The notes: a model not told the origin generated them from the sequence alone. A stretch of 64,000 bases of DNA from Eledone cirrhosa (GCA_964016885.1 OZ024740.1:366668001-366732000); one strand, 5' to 3'. Counted from the stretch's first letter, positions 45,987 to 60,799 are shown. Numbers and translations: made by a program.

Positions 45987-46331
45987 ATATATATTGTTAT
46001 ATTTGGGCAGGGTCATATTATTATAATATTACTAGAGATAATAACAGAACACACGGTTTGGTTTCGGTTGGTTTTCGCTTCTATGTCTTTATATCTCCAT
46101 AGTTAATTTATCTGGCAATGAATGTTTATCATTGATTGACCAACGGTTAAAAATACAGATATAAATATATATATATATAGTCTATCAAAGTTCTTTCGTC
46201 ACACATCTGTGACATCATCAGTGGTACTATTATGTCTCCTCCCGTTGTATTGTAATGCCTACGCCATTTTAATTTTATTTATTCTTGTCTCTGTCTCTGT
46301 TTGCGCATATATATATGTATATATATATATG

Positions 46332-46439
<108 letters not shown>

Positions 46440-46585
46440 AATGCATATATATATATATACTTATATATATATATTTTTTTATATATATATATAAATACAT
46501 ATATATATATATGTATATATGTATATATATATATATGCATATATGTATATATATGTATATATATGCATATATGTATATATATCTA

Positions 46586-46623
<38 letters not shown>

Positions 46624-46651
46624 TATATGTATATATATATGTATATATATA

Positions 46652-46699
<48 letters not shown>

Positions 46700-47094
46700 T
46701 ATATGTATATATATATGTATATATATATGCATATATATATATATATAAGTATATGTACACACACAACCACACACACACATACATATATATATATCAACGT
46801 TGTAGAGGTCAATCCGAGTCTATGATAAAAGGCACATGTCCAAGGGGCTGTGCTATGAGATCGATGAACCCTGAATGAACCACATGTCTGATAAGCGATC
46901 TGTTTAACCGCACAGTGATGCCAGCATTTATTTAGTATGGGATTGTTTGAAGTTAACCTCATTTTCTGGCTTCTCTGTTATCATATATCTTATCTTGTTA
47001 CCTACAATGTAACTGGAAATACATTTTACGGGCAAATAGCTGGAATATTTTTCACCTAAGGGCGGATATTATATAAGCGTTATATATATATATG

Positions 47095-47253
47095 TGTTGA
47101 TTTAACACTTCACTGCTTGCAAGTGTTTTTTAAGCTTCATATCATATCTCCCTATTTTATCTGATGAGAACGCAAATATCATCCCATGATGATATTTGTT
47201 TTTGAAATGCGCATAATAAAATACATGGAACTCTTTTAACCATCTTTTGATCT

Positions 47254-47260
<7 letters not shown>
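47095..47260 (+). ncRNA. Solo PLE terminal repeat with hammerhead (47153-47223), homolog of 38120-38285
   Basis: tattttat-CTGATGA-..caaatatcat/atgatatttg..-GAAA-TGCGCA-TA-ataaaata. Confidence 0.8.
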
Positions 47261-47297
<37 letters not shown>

Positions 47298-47495
47298 CGT
47301 TGTTTGACCTCCAGTTCACTGACAACTATTCTACTTGATTCAATCACCGGAACTTCATATATACTTATGAAGATAACGAGTTAAATCGGGGGCAACCACA
47401 TTCCTGATGATTTCATACGAATGAAACAGTTCTAGTCCTATATATATATAGCAGGGAAAAGCGGACGTAAAATGATGATGATGATGATATATATA

Positions 47496-47529
<34 letters not shown>

Positions 47530-47614
47530 CAGGGTGTCCACAAGAAATGTATGCATACATTAATTAAAATGCTGTTGAAGTGCGTATACATTTTTAGGGA
47601 CATCCTGTATCTCT

Positions 47615-47724
<110 letters not shown>

Positions 47725-48332
47725 GCTGTACCCCAGCATTCCCACAGTTGTATGACTGAAACAAAATGACTTAATTTTGATACTGACGGCAGCTATAGTA
47801 ATGGTAGTAGTATTAAAGATGGTGGATGGGATAGTGCTATATATAAGAGTGGCCATATTGATAGAATCGTTGACATACGTTAACATTCTAGTTGATAAAA
47901 CCAGTTAGATAGTGATAATTGTAAAAGAATGTCTGAGGATCAGCAGGCACATGTATATACATAGTATGTATGTATATATGTATATATGTATGTATGAGCA
48001 AACACACATATACGTATGGGGTTACATAAGTTCTTTAGTTTATTTTAGCCGCCTAGTTGGTTAAGACCACCATGGAGCACTGTATTAGGTAAGTACGCGC
48101 GCGCGCACACACACACACACACAGATACACTTACCACACATATATGTATCTGTGTGTGTGTGTGTGTGTGTTCACCTGCCATGCAGTAGAAGGACTAGGG
48201 ATGATCTCATTTGTCATTTTACTGACCAGTTAACACACGCACACACACACACACACACACATCACACACGCACGCACACACACACACACACCCCCACACA
48301 CACACACACACCCACCCACACCCACGCACACG

Positions 48333-48458
<126 letters not shown>

Positions 48459-48532
48459 CGATTCTTCCAAAGGCCAGTTTTGTCAACCTCGAAAAAATAC
48501 ATGTTAGGAACAAGTCAATACTTTCAGTCGCA

Positions 48533-48945
48533 TGAAAAATATTCCAGCTATTTGCCCGTAAAATGTATTTCCAGTTACATTGTAGGTAACAAGATAAGAT
48601 ATATGATAACAGAGAAGCCAGAAAATGAGGTTAACTTCAAACAATCCCATACTAAATAAATGCTGGCATCACTGTGCGGTTAAACAGATCGCTTATCAGA
48701 CATGTGGTTCATTCAGGGTTCATCGATCTCATAGCACAGCCCCTTGGACATGTGCCTTTTATCATAGACTCGGATTGACCTCTACAACGTTGATATATAT
48801 GTGTGTGTGTGTGTGGTTGTGTGTGTACATATACTTATATATATATATATATGCATATATATACATATACATATACATATATATACATATATATATATGT
48901 ATATATATATATATAAGTATATATATATATATATATGCATATATG

Positions 48946-48993
<48 letters not shown>

Positions 48994-49337
48994 CACACAC
49001 ACATACACACATATATATATGCGCAAACAGAGACAAGAATAATAAATAAATAAAATAAAAATGGCGTAGGCATTACAATACAACAGGAGGAAACATAATA
49101 GTACCACTGATGATGTCACAGATGTGTGACGAAAGAACTTTGATAGACTATATATATATTTATATCTGTATTTTTAACCGTTGGACAATCAATGATAAAC
49201 ATTGATTGCCAGATAAATTAACTATGGAGATATAAAGACATAGAAGCGAAAACCAACCGAAACCAAACAGTGTGTTCTGTTATTATCTCTAGTAATATTA
49301 TAATAATATGACCCTGCCCAAATATAACAATATATAT

Positions 49338-49399
<62 letters not shown>

Positions 49400-50656
49400 T
49401 TTCTGAATTTGTTTAGCAAGATTCTTTATCTGAAAACGTGTTTAAACCGATATTGTTATACTTTGGGAGGGTCATGTTGCCAATAAGAAACACACGCACC
49501 AGTTGATTTCACTCCAATTTATTATAAACTAAACATTTTTTTCAAAATATTTATAAATTTCCGGTTGGTTGGTTGGTTCCACAACCGGACGGTTGTTCAT
49601 ATATTGTCAAAGTTCTTACGTCACACATTCTGTGACCTCTTCAGTGACTGGTTGGTTGTTTGTTCTATGTGTGTGTGTTTTCATTTTGTCCTCAATTGTA
49701 AGTTGTGATGTTGCTATTCCATTCATGTTTTCTATTTAATTTTGGTTGGAGTTCATTTATGTTTATTACCTCTGTGATTTGTCTAAACATTGCGTCTTTT
49801 CTGTGCGTAGATTTTATTTTTATTTCTAAGTTCTCTTATTTGCCCTTATGTTCTATTTTAGCATGTTGGTGGAGTATTGATGATTCTTTTCTATCTTGAA
49901 GGTCTCGCCAGTGTTCATTTAACCGTTCTCCTATACTACGAGCTGTCTCACCTATGTACACTATATTCTTATCTTTACATTGTCCTTCAGTACATCTTAT
50001 GCTATATACTATGTTTCTAGTTTTACAGTTAATATGGGGGCTTAGTTTGGGGACTTAGTTTACAGATTATGCATATTAACTGTAAAACTCGATGTCCCTC
50101 CTCCTCCACCTGCTGACGTCAAGTGCCCCCAAAGTATTTGGGATGCCATCCAGTGCAACCTGGCCTCAGACGGGCTAGCGCAATAGCTCGACCAGCACCG
50201 CCTTGCATGTTTCACGCGGCCTCCAACCCCACAGTGGTGCCTGGCTCCATGCCTTACCTTCCTTCTCCACTGACATGCAGATGGACAATGATAGCCTGCG
50301 CGTCGGAATTTCCTTGGGGCTTGTCCTCCGGATCTGCGAGTCACACAAATGTCGCTGCGGATCCATCGTGAACATTTTTGGTCTCCACCCGCTTTTCTGT
50401 CGCTTAAGTGCCGGCCGCCTTCCACGCCATGCTGCTACCACAGGCGCTGAGCTGGATAGCCGCAGGTATGAGCCTCGTGAGATGGAATGGCTCTTCCAGC
50501 GCATCTCCTTTACCATCCTCCGGGTAAACGCTTTTTCCATTTTGTCCGCCGGGACCGTGGGGCGACCAGCACGTGGGACACCATTTGCCCATAATACAGA
50601 GAGATGGGGAGGCCGAGAGAGATGGAGGCGATGAAAGTAGGAATTCGGCTCGTCTG
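48533..50656. repeat. Inverted duplicate of composite block 44487-47054, flanked by 77-bp direct repeats
   Basis: Same CRE relic + Neptune fragment + hammerheads in reverse order; tgcgattcttccaaaggcc...cagt.gcat at 48457 and 50655. Confidence 0.85.
49101..49146 (+). ncRNA. Predicted minimal hammerhead (family C, subtype 2; mirror about 46185-46230, - strand)
   Basis: CTGATGA-t-gtcaca(gatg)tgtgac-GAAA-gaaCTT-tgat. Confidence 0.7.
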
Positions 50657-51852
50657 CGATTCTTCCAAAGGCCAGTTTTGTCAACCTCGAAAAAATACAT
50701 GTTAGGAACAAGTCAATACCTTCAGTTGCATCTAGTTCCTTCAGCTTTTACTCAGCACTGCTGTTCTACATGTTTTAATGTATACACGTCTACCACCAGG
50801 CTGCAGATCCATTCTAGTCATATCAACATGGATGCGGTTCATGTTGGTGGTCGATTTGTGAAAATACTATGCCATATTTGCCAGGAGAAATTTAACAGCA
50901 CAGTTGAGGTTCTGTCGCGTCTAGACTGTGGTTTTGGCTCGGAATGTAATCGACGACCGCACTAAATACATACTTGCATACATACATGAATACAAACATA
51001 CATACATACCTGCATACATACATGATGGCTGCCCCCTCGTTATCGAGTATGGCCATTGCATGGTATACCATTATTAATAATTATTAATTAATTCTATCGT
51101 GCAATGCCTGTGCGTGAAGGTATTTTTTAAAGTGAGGAAAGACTGTGCACTGAGCCAATCGCACTCTCTGAGCGACACTAGCTGTAACCCGAAAAGGAGA
51201 AAAGATCAACATCATCGGTAACTACTGAGCCGTAGGTTTTATATCGGAGTTATCCCAGTTTCCTGAGTTGCCTTCTCCTAGAAGAATACCCTGACAAAAG
51301 CTAGGGGTCCTTCACTCCCAGTGGTTTAACCGCGCGGTACATGTGTATACACATATTTACACACTTTTGGATGGCCGTTGGCTCTTATGAGTTGTTCCGC
51401 CCTTTTTCAGGTTTTGTTTTTTCTCCTGCAGGGTGTCCAAAATCACCTTCCTCACCAAGTAAATTTGGTGGGGTTGCCGGTTTAGTCCCCGACGACCCGA
51501 CCATGCGACAGGTTGTACTGGGTTACATGTTACCAGTAGCACTCAAGAGTGACCCGACATACCTGCATACATACGTACGTACATACATACATAAGTCTTT
51601 ATTTCTCTTTCTCTAACCATGTACATGACATACCAAAATCATTGACACTCCCCGTGACAGACAAGAATAACAACAATTTTTAGGATTGTTTGATAAATCT
51701 ATTCTGTTTTGACTGTATGTCCACATATGGACTGTATCCCTTGATACATTCAGCTAGGTCCCTGCCGTCCTGATACTACTGGTTTAGTTCGGATGTACCT
51801 GTACAAGCGGCCGGAGCTCAGCCGTCGGGGTCCTGACTCTTTTCCTACCCCC

Positions 51853-51977
<125 letters not shown>

Positions 51978-52764
51978 TGTGTGTGAGTTGCTAGTTGCTG
52001 TGTTCTTTATCCGTAAAAGCTGCGCATTGAGTTCTCGTTGATAAACGGGTTTAAGTAGGTAAGACCATTCCACGTCAAATGTATCTATCCAGCTTAGAGG
52101 CGGTGATCAAACTTAATAGTGTTATCATGTATTAAAAAAACGTTAAGACATAATCATATTTATTTATTATACGTATTTCTGTGATCTGTAACACCGACAT
52201 GGCGCTGTTGTGCAATTGTTACAAAAGCAACATGCACCAATGTGACGTCAACAGATGTTAACACAATTATTTGGGTGGATCGATATGTTGTTGGCAAAGT
52301 CCAGAGACCTTCGCAAACATGGTCGTGTAAGATAACAACATATCGATCCAGTCACATAATTGTGTTAACATGATTGTTAAGATGATGACGTCACACTGGT
52401 GAGGGTCGCTGTTGTAACGATTGCACAAGAGCTCCATGTTAGTGTTGCAGAAGTACGTATAATTAATAAATATGATTATGTAACTTTTGCCATGACGCAT
52501 ATTTCACACACACACATACACACACACATATATATATTGTTTCTCTAAATATAGTTTTTAAAGAATTCCCTTTCTTTAAAGCCATCAACCAATTGCCTCC
52601 ACTCATCCCAATCACCACCCTCTCCTACCACCAGAAAATGTATAAATACCGCCATATTACATTGACAGTCGGCTTCCTGATGATTTCTGCCGAATGAAAC
52701 ACTTCTAGTCCTGTAGAAATGGCTTCTACAGGACTAGAACTGTTTATATATATATATATACTAG

Positions 52765-52821
<57 letters not shown>

Positions 52822-52828
<7 letters not shown>

Positions 52829-53929
52829 ATACTTTGGGAGGGTCATGTTGCCAATAAGAAACACACGCACCAGTTGCTTTCACTTCAATTTAATTTATTA
52901 TATATTTATAAATTTACAAATTTATAAATTTCTGGTTGGTTGGTTGATTCCACAACCAGATAGTTGTTTATATATATATAGTCATAGTTCTTTCGTCACA
53001 CACTCTGTGACCTCTTCAGTGACTGGGGATTTCTTTCTTCGTTTCTGTGCCTTTCTTTTCTTCTATCCTACGCCATTTTGTTTGTGTGTGGGTTGCGTGC
53101 TCAGTTTGCGCATGCGCCACATCCGGGTGTCTGTGTGTGTTTGTGTTCATTTTTCTATTTTTCTATTTATATTTTTCTATTTGTTTGTTTATTTATTTAT
53201 TTATTGTTGGTTGGTTGTTTGTTCTATGTGTGTGTGTGTTTTCATTTTGTCTTGTGTGTGTTTTCATTTTGTGTGTGTTTTCAATTGTAAGTTGTTTGTT
53301 CTATGTGTGTGTGTGTTTTCATTTTGTCCTTAATTGCAAGTTGTGATGTTGCTGTTCCACTCATATTTTCTATTTAATTTTGGTTAAAACCAAAATTAAA
53401 TAGAAAATATGAGTGGAACAGCAAGATCACAACTTACAATTAAGGACAAAATGAAAACACACACACACATAGAACAAACAACCAACCAACAATAAATAAA
53501 TAAATAAACAAACAAATAGAAAAATATAAATAGAAAAATAGAAAAATGAACACAAACACACACAGACACCCGGATGTGGCGCATGCGCAAACTGAGCACG
53601 CAACCCACACACAAACAAAATGGCGTAGGATAGAAGAAAAGAAAGGCACAGAAACGAAGAAAGAAATCCCCAGTCACTGAAGAGGTCACAGAGTGTGTGA
53701 CGAAAGAACTATGACTATATATATATAAACAACTATCTGGTTGTGGAACCAACCAACCAACCAGAAATTTATAAATTTGTAAATTTATAAATATATAATA
53801 AATTAAATTGAAGTGAAAGCAACTGGTGCGTGTGTTTCTTATTGGCAACATGACCCTCCCAAAGTATAACAATATCGGTTTCAACACACGATTTCAGATA
53901 AAGAATCTTGCTAAACAAATTCAGAAACG

Positions 53930-53932
<3 letters not shown>
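52822..53932. mobile_element. Family C (Neptune-type) fold-back element, arms of about 0.5 kb
   Basis: Palindrome centred near 53387 (ttttggtt-aa-aaccaaaa), beginning at the codons for PKLNRKYEW; tail 53875-53932; (TA)n flanks. Confidence 0.9.
53672..53716 (+). ncRNA. Predicted minimal hammerhead (family C; mirror 52980-53024, - strand)
   Basis: agtca-CTGAAGA-g-gtcaca(gagt)gtgtgac-GAAA-GaaCTA-tgact; 5-bp stem I. Confidence 0.8.
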
Positions 53933-53981
<49 letters not shown>

Positions 53982-53984
53982 CGT

Positions 53985-54125
53985 ATAACGAAGGAAGTGT
54001 GGTAAGGAACCAGGTGGACCATAACGCACCAGAGTACTCAATACGTTGGGTAGCAGAGTGGGTAATAGGAAAATGTTCAAGACCCCGACGGCAGAGCTCA
54101 AGCCGTTTCGACGGCTATTTCTGGT
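53985..54125. mobile_element. Family F element, single arm
   Basis: Tail plus arm ending at gacggctatttctgg, the same breakpoint as the hairpin copies. Confidence 0.8.
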
Positions 54126-54190
54126 CATTTTCCTATATATATATATAATATAAAAAAACGAAAAATGAGTGATGCATCTAGACTCAGTTT

Positions 54191-54290
54191 ATTGCGTGTT
54201 ACAATTGTTTCGTCGGCAGATAGCTCGAGACATGATCATTGTATGGATCTGCCTGATTCTATAACTGCGGGTTCTTCGGACACATGCAAT
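54191..54290 (-). ncRNA. Predicted hammerhead with CCGAAGA core and extended stem II
   Basis: - strand: ttgcatgtgt-CCGAAGA-...ggcagat..atctgcc..-GAAA-CAATTG-TA-acacgcaat-aaa. Confidence 0.65.
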
Positions 54291-54318
54291 GCTTTCGGAG
54301 CAAATTTTCTCTCTCCCT

Positions 54319-54349
<31 letters not shown>

Positions 54350-54689
54350 ACACACACACATATATATATGCATATAGTATATATGTTTGTATGCGAAAAG
54401 TAAACGGAAAACAAAGAAAACAATATAGTACAATGAAGAATATATTAGTTTAACGTTTGATACACACACACACACAAACACACACAGACATGGTTGGTAT
54501 ATCTTGTGTTAGTTAACCTCCTGACATTTGTGTCATAGAAGAGCTCACTTGAAGTATACATGTAGGTCTGTGTACTCCGGAGTATTGGTTTAACAATGAA
54601 GTAGAAGTCACTAGGTGAGAATTTATCTCATTTATTTGTTTAATTGTGTAACAAAGAAATGAAGTAAATTCTGACCTACTAACTTCTAC

Positions 54690-54729
<40 letters not shown>

Positions 54730-55639
54730 TATATATATCGTCATCATCATCATCATCATCATCATCATTTTACGTCCTCTTTTCCTTGCTTGCAAGGGTT
54801 GGACGGGTCCTATTCAGCACATATGTTTATATATGCACATACATATGTATATATATGTATTTATATTTGTTTATTTATATGTACGTTTATATATATTTGA
54901 CGAAAGTCGATCGAAAAAAGGAAAAAGAATAACTTCACTTGTAATTTAATTTTATAATCTTACAATTTGATAATTATATAATTTTTCTATGTAGTTCTAA
55001 TAACTCTTTTGTTAAATTATTGGAATTTCTTTTTTCTTAACTTTGGTTAATTTTCTGAAGAACTTTCTCGCATTTGTCGGTGGCGATTGTCAAACTGATC
55101 TAAAGTTGTAATGTGTTGGTGCATATATAAAGAATTTGGGTGTATATATACGCACATATATTTATAACCCCCCCCCCCCCACATGCATGTATCTATCACT
55201 CTCTCTAGCTCTCTCTCTATATATATACTTAGTTGACAGACATAACCAGTCATCCGCTCTAGCATCCACCAATTAGCGCTTTTGTATCTTTATCAGAATA
55301 CATACTCTTTTAAGCATTCGTGTCAGATCTCCAGTTTGGAGATACCTTCTTTCTCTCTTCCCACCTGTCTTGAAAACAATCATGGTCACTACCAGTGAAT
55401 ACGCGCGCGCCCGCCCACACAGACACATGCTCGCGCGCGTGCGTGTATGTAACGTCAGCTGGTATAACAATTAATTCATTGTTGTTTCGAAAAAACAGAG
55501 AATACTATCCCATATCTGACCATGTATCATAGCGTTTTGCTGCAATCAGAGTGTGTGATATTATTTCCTATTTGCTTAGAAAAGCATAGTCAAAACTGAA
55601 AAGCTTAATTCAGCCTCGTCAATCTCGCCACCTTTATCG

Positions 55640-56610
55640 ATTTTTCATAAAACACTCTACAAGGCAGCACCTACCTCATTACCCCCAACCTTCCTCCTCA
55701 GGTGAAACTTGAAGAAGTTGGTATGGGCTTGACCGGAGAGGAATATTCCTGTCCTCAAAACTTTTTGGCGTGTCCACCATACAGCTTCCTTAGCCGTAGC
55801 TACCTGGACGATGAAGACTTACTAAGCTTCCCTCCTAAAAGAAGGGGGCGAATCACTCTTCCCAATAGTCATGGCTGCTGGCCAGAGCTGTCCTATACGT
55901 GATATCAGTTGTTCGACACAAGCCCACAACTTTGCAATGCACGAGAACTGAGCAAGTAGGATAATTTATTATGGATAAATCTGACAGGTCTACACTACAA
56001 ATGACAAAGGTCTTGGCAAGCACTTTTGTAAAAACCTTCAGTTTTATGTTCGGTAGTGTTTCGAGCCTAAAGTTTCGATCACGTCACTCTTGTTCGGGTC
56101 GTTTCTTAGCAGTGCCACCATTCTCTGGTTCACACGGTTGGGGATGCTACCTGTCTGCTGCCAGCTGCACTAGACAGCGGCCAATACCGTAGTGAACATG
56201 TTTGGCATGTAGAAGTAGAACTCATAAGGTAGATCATCAAAACCTATGATTTTTGTCCCTCACACACTGGCTCAGAATGTCTGGTGAGATGGAGTTTTCG
56301 CAATTCTCGACATCCTTGGCTGAGAGTCATGACAGGTGACTGTCCTATGGTAGTTGCCTGATTCCCCTATTTGGTTAGCTGCAAGCAAACGGACTTTTCT
56401 GGGTTAATTCTTGCTCCCATCACAGTCTCATACAACTTTAGAAATGTGCTGACCACTTCCACTTTCGCAGTGTCCGCCACCATAATGTTGAATAAGTCCA
56501 GTATATTATTTATCAACCCTAGAAGGATGAAATGTGAAGTTGAACATGGCAAGTTTGAAACCAGAGCATATTCTGTCTGGTGTTCTAACGAACTTACCAA
56601 TATGTTATTA
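55640..56610 (-). mobile_element. L1/Tx1-like LINE relic
   Basis: LKLYETVMGARINPEKS motif, plus degraded GFDDLP.EFY-like sequence. Confidence 0.5.
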
Positions 56611-57013
56611 GAATAACCTCTATTTTAATTGCTTTACGTTTGGTAGGTTTGTTTGCAAAACTATTAGGTCATTGAGTATACATCGAAATAACATTTCAAA
56701 CATAAGATATATTTAAAAAAAAAATGAAAACAAAACATATAGTTAAAACAAAACAACAAATAAAAAAAACATAAAACAGTGTGGGTTAAAAAATATAATT
56801 TGGAGGAGTTATAGTTGAAAATGTTAGTTGGCATATTGATGGAAGTTGAGGAGAAATAATGGTAGTAGTGGTGGAGCGCAATAATAAAGGGAATTTGTTT
56901 GAGAATCCTCAAACTCACCTGAGGATAAACGAGAGAAGTATGATATCAAATATTACGGTCTCAGTTTTCACTGTACACGAAAATAACTTTCGTAAAGGAG
57001 TGTGTAATAAATA

Positions 57014-57140
57014 TCACATAGCCGGCAGTAGCAGACAACAAGTACACCGGTTCTTGCTACTTGTTTCTTTTACTTCTAATTTAGAGTTTAGTGTGTAACT
57101 GATATCTCCAGTATTATTTACGAAAGTTTCTCTTCTGAAG
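57014..57140 (-). CDS. Putative terminal coding exon (FRRETFVNNTG...NRCTCCLLLPAM*)
   Basis: Acceptor ttttattttag|; phase 2 matches exon 57579-57760. Confidence 0.5.
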
Positions 57141-57218
57141 CTAAAATAAAATTTAAAAAAATCTATCTCGTACGAGTTTGGTTACGTGACTGACAGGAAT
57201 ATTTCTTGTAAATGTGCT

Positions 57219-57268
57219 GTTACTACTACTACTAATACTGCTACTGCTGCTGTTACTGCTGCTGCTAC

Positions 57269-57303
<35 letters not shown>

Positions 57304-57349
57304 CTGTTGCTGCTGCTGCTGCTACTACTACTACTACTACTACTACTAC
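57219..57349. repeat. (CTA)/(CTG)n microsatellite
   Basis: Directly visible; intronic in the putative - strand gene. Confidence 0.9.
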
Positions 57350-57578
57350 AGATGATTATATATATGTGTGTACACCCATATAATGTACTCTCATCGATTT
57401 CGAAATTTCAAGGCATGAGGGTCCAACCGCCAGTTACTTGATCCTTATGTCTGCGGTGAGACAAAAAACAACAACAAAACAAACAAATAAAAAGCAAAAA
57501 AAAAAAACAACAACAACAAAAAAACAACAACAGGCTTTGATTAGTAATAATTACAAACTGATCTGTTGGTCAACCTAC

Positions 57579-57760
57579 CCTCTGGCTTTATCATCGCGGT
57601 GAAGACTTGTACAGAGTTTTCCACGCTTTTTATTTTTAAAGATAAAACCTCGGAGGTGCAAAGTATGCAATGAACCATAAAAACGACTGAACACAAGATC
57701 TTGGAAGAGATATCCTTCTCCTAGATAGTGGCCGACCAAGTCTAAACAATAGCTGTCCAT
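57579..57760 (-). CDS. Putative coding exon (MDSYCLDLVGHYLGEGYLFQ...DDKAR)
   Basis: Acceptor ctccctctgtgtgtag|, donor GG|GTAGGT (phase 2), open frame. Confidence 0.5.
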
Positions 57761-57856
57761 CTACACACAGAGGGAGACATTGCACGCTAGACACCAACCT
57801 GGTAGTTGAAACTTACTCAAAGTAAGTTCCCTTCCACGCACATATTATATAAGGGT

Positions 57857-58045
57857 GGTGGATTGGCAGTATCGGTAGAGGGTCGGACGCTATGCTTTGC
57901 AGCAAAGAGTTATGGCCCTTTATGGTCTGAGTTCAAATCCCGCCGAGGTTAACTTTGCCTTTCATCCTTACGGGGTCGATAAAATAAAGTACCAGTAATA
58001 CACTGGGATAATTGTTGGCCTTGTGCCAAAAGTAGAAACAATTAT
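57857..58045 (+). mobile_element. tRNA-derived SINE
   Basis: Near-identical to 2118-2300. Confidence 0.85.
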
Positions 58046-58342
58046 ATATCTCCCCTTCTCTCTCTGTGTATATAACAGTCGATCAACACGATCCCAGACC
58101 ACATTCGCTCAATGAGCGGGGTAGAGCTCGTCAAGTCGGACCGAGGAAACAATGTGTCCGTTGATCTTCCCAATTGTTAATACTTTGTAACGCATCGCCT
58201 GGTCCGGGAATCGAACTCACAACGTGACAATTGCAAATCCAATTCTGTAACCATTCAGCCACGCAACTTCTCTATTGACACTGCTTGACATATGTGCCAA
58301 TAGTTGAGGCTGACTAGACATTGTGCAGTCACTCCAATTTTC

Positions 58343-58370
58343 ATGACGTGTATATGTTTGGCGACGTCAT
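58343..58370. promoter_or_regulatory. Two CRE/ATF-like motifs between divergent putative genes
   Basis: TGACGTG and GACGTCA about 90 bp upstream of ATG 58458. Confidence 0.3.
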
Positions 58371-58457
58371 TAAATAATTTAATAAGTATTTATGCAAGAA
58401 CACAGCGTATTTTTGAATATATATATTCAAAAAGGAGTGGCGCTCAAGACAAAGACA

Positions 58458-58580
58458 ATGGAAAAAACAACGGGTGACAGACAATCCCATCTCTTCAGTC
58501 AACCTCTGGAAATCACTACCGTTTCGGATTTTAAGGTTAATACCATTCATTCCAGTGCATATTGGGACATAATAAAACAG
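58458..58580 (+). CDS. Putative exon 1 of small orphan gene (MEKTTGDRQ...WDIIKQ)
   Basis: Good Kozak context acaATGg, donor CAG|GTAGAG, phase 0. Confidence 0.35.
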
Positions 58581-58878
58581 GTAGAGACAAGTTATGCCTT
58601 TAGGTAAATTACACAAATATAGAAAAAAATCATCCTAAGTGTGTCAACTGGCAAAGAAGGGAAAGAACGATGTGCAAGGGATCAGGCAAAAGAAAACATA
58701 TAGAAAGGAGAGAAATAATAAAGCAGAAGAGAATAATAAGAACTGTAGTCCAACGTGCAGACACAAAAAATGACTCTGAGCGCGTAGAAAAGGCGAGAAA
58801 GGTGTATAGAGGAAGACAGACCGGGTGGTGTGATGTCTATTGTGTGATTGTTTCAAAATTCAAAATAGGGGGCTCACT

Positions 58879-59021
<143 letters not shown>

Positions 59022-59148
59022 CACTGCAAACTTCGAACTGTTAATGGAATTGCAGAGGTAAATTGTTTGAGACACCTCAATATTTTTAGATGTAAAGTGG
59101 GGTGAAAAAAAAAAAAAGTATAATTTGTACAAGAATAAAACATTTTAG

Positions 59149-59265
59149 CAAAGGAAACAAGAAAAACAAAGCAACCATCTAGAATTTGAAGAACCTAGAA
59201 TTGTGGACGTTGGTAAAAATCGGTTAAGAAATGGGCTTGGCTTTGTGGTAGAAGAAAACATTTAA
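59149..59265 (+). CDS. Putative exon 2 (QRKQEKQSNHLEFEEPRIVDVGKNRLRNGLGFVVEENI*)
   Basis: ttttag| acceptor, phase 0, stop codon, AATAAA near 59357. Weak pyrimidine tract. Confidence 0.3.
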   Translation, partial: QRKQEKQSNHLEFEEPRIVDVGKNRLRNGLGFVVEENI

Positions 59266-59904
59266 TCCTGCACAATATTAGAATGTTAATTGTTTAATGT
59301 AGATCTTTATTTTCCTAGCAACCTTAAAGTTCAGAAAAATTATTCATAATATTCAGAATAAATATTTAAAATATTCATAATGAATATTTATGACATTTAG
59401 ACTGAACAAATTTAACAAAATTCATAAAGAATTTTCCATAGCATGTTCTATTTCTGAGAAGAGACAAATATGAATTTCAACTATATTGTAGGATACTTCG
59501 TCGGTTTCGACGATGCGCATTCAGTTATTCAACCAACTGAATCTCTATTCATGAAATTAACGTGTAAGTGGCTGAGTATTCCTGAAACTGTTAACATAAT
59601 TCTCTGATCAAGCAAGCGTGACACTATGTTAGAAGGATAGAAATTCGAATTACTCCTACAACCAATCCAGAAATAAACAAATAAAGAAAGAAACTAAGAA
59701 GGTCACCAAAAATAGAGTGAGGGGGTTGGGGAGAAATGATTCTGTTGCTGTACGTAACTGGTTCTTTGATTATCAATTCTGAAGTGATGAAAGACAAAAT
59801 TAATCTCGATTGAATTTGAACTCAGAGGACAGAGAATCGGAACGAAAACTGCAAGGCATTCTACCCGACTAACAATTTTAGTATTATAATTCGTCGCCCG
59901 AGGG

Positions 59905-60122
59905 AGGTGGATTAGCAGTATCGGTAGAGCGTCGGACAATAGGCTTTGCGGCATAGAGTTACGGTCCTTTACGTTTCGAGTTCAAATCCCGTCGAGGTTA
60001 GCTTTGTCTTTCATCCTTACAGGGTCGATAAAATAAAATAACAGTAATGCAGTAGGGTCAATTTAATCGACTTTCCCCTTCCCCCAAAATTGTTGGCCTG
60101 GTACCTAAATCAGAAACCATTA
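59905..60122 (+). mobile_element. tRNA-derived SINE
   Basis: Same family as 1830; ttaattcgtcgcc-like direct repeat on both sides (about 59888 and 60121) may be a target-site duplication. Confidence 0.8.
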
Positions 60123-60240
60123 ATTCGTCGCCTTAAAATGCTATAAGGAAACTCAACCCAATACTTTATAAATGTATTTATATGTGAATTATATGGATAA
60201 AGAACACGCTCTTTTTGCATAGTTGTATTACGTTTCAAAA

Positions 60241-60430
60241 TAATTGTTTCTACTTTAGGCACAAGGCCAGCAATTACCCAGTGCATTACTGGTACTTTAT
60301 TTTATCGACCCCGTAAGGATGAAAGGCAAAGTCAACCTCGGCGGGATTTGAACTCAGATCGTAAAAGGACGTAACTATGCTGGAAAGCATGGCGTCCGAC
60401 CCTCTACCGACACTGCCAACCCACCGCCCA
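60241..60430 (-). mobile_element. tRNA-derived SINE with target-site duplication
   Basis: Reverse complement of the family consensus; gtattacgtttcaaaataat is duplicated at about 60225 and 60434. Confidence 0.85.
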
Positions 60431-60799
60431 TCAGTATTACGTTTCAAAATAATGAAGATAATGTGTATTCAATAATGAAAACAGTATTATATTGAAATTT
60501 TAAAATGTTCTTATTTCAATTTACCAAGGATGAAAATATAATTACAAATGCAAACACTTAAAACAAAATAATTTTACAAAATGGAAATTCAGAATCAAAA
60601 CAGAAAAATTCGGAGATTTCGTTTTATTAAGGCATAATGTCAATTTAACGCGAGAAAGGGGACTAACAAATGTATTCTTAAACGAATGTGCCGGAAAGTC
60701 GATAGGCGTATGATTACAGATATTAAAATATGTATAAGCTCGTGGTCTCCAAGGGATGGAATTTGGAGAGTTAAGTAGTTCAGTATCATATAACTCAGT

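Noticed and set aside
57014-57140. Small GTPase CaaX terminus
   Set aside because: The cysteines are not at position -4, and the upstream exon has no G-box motifs.
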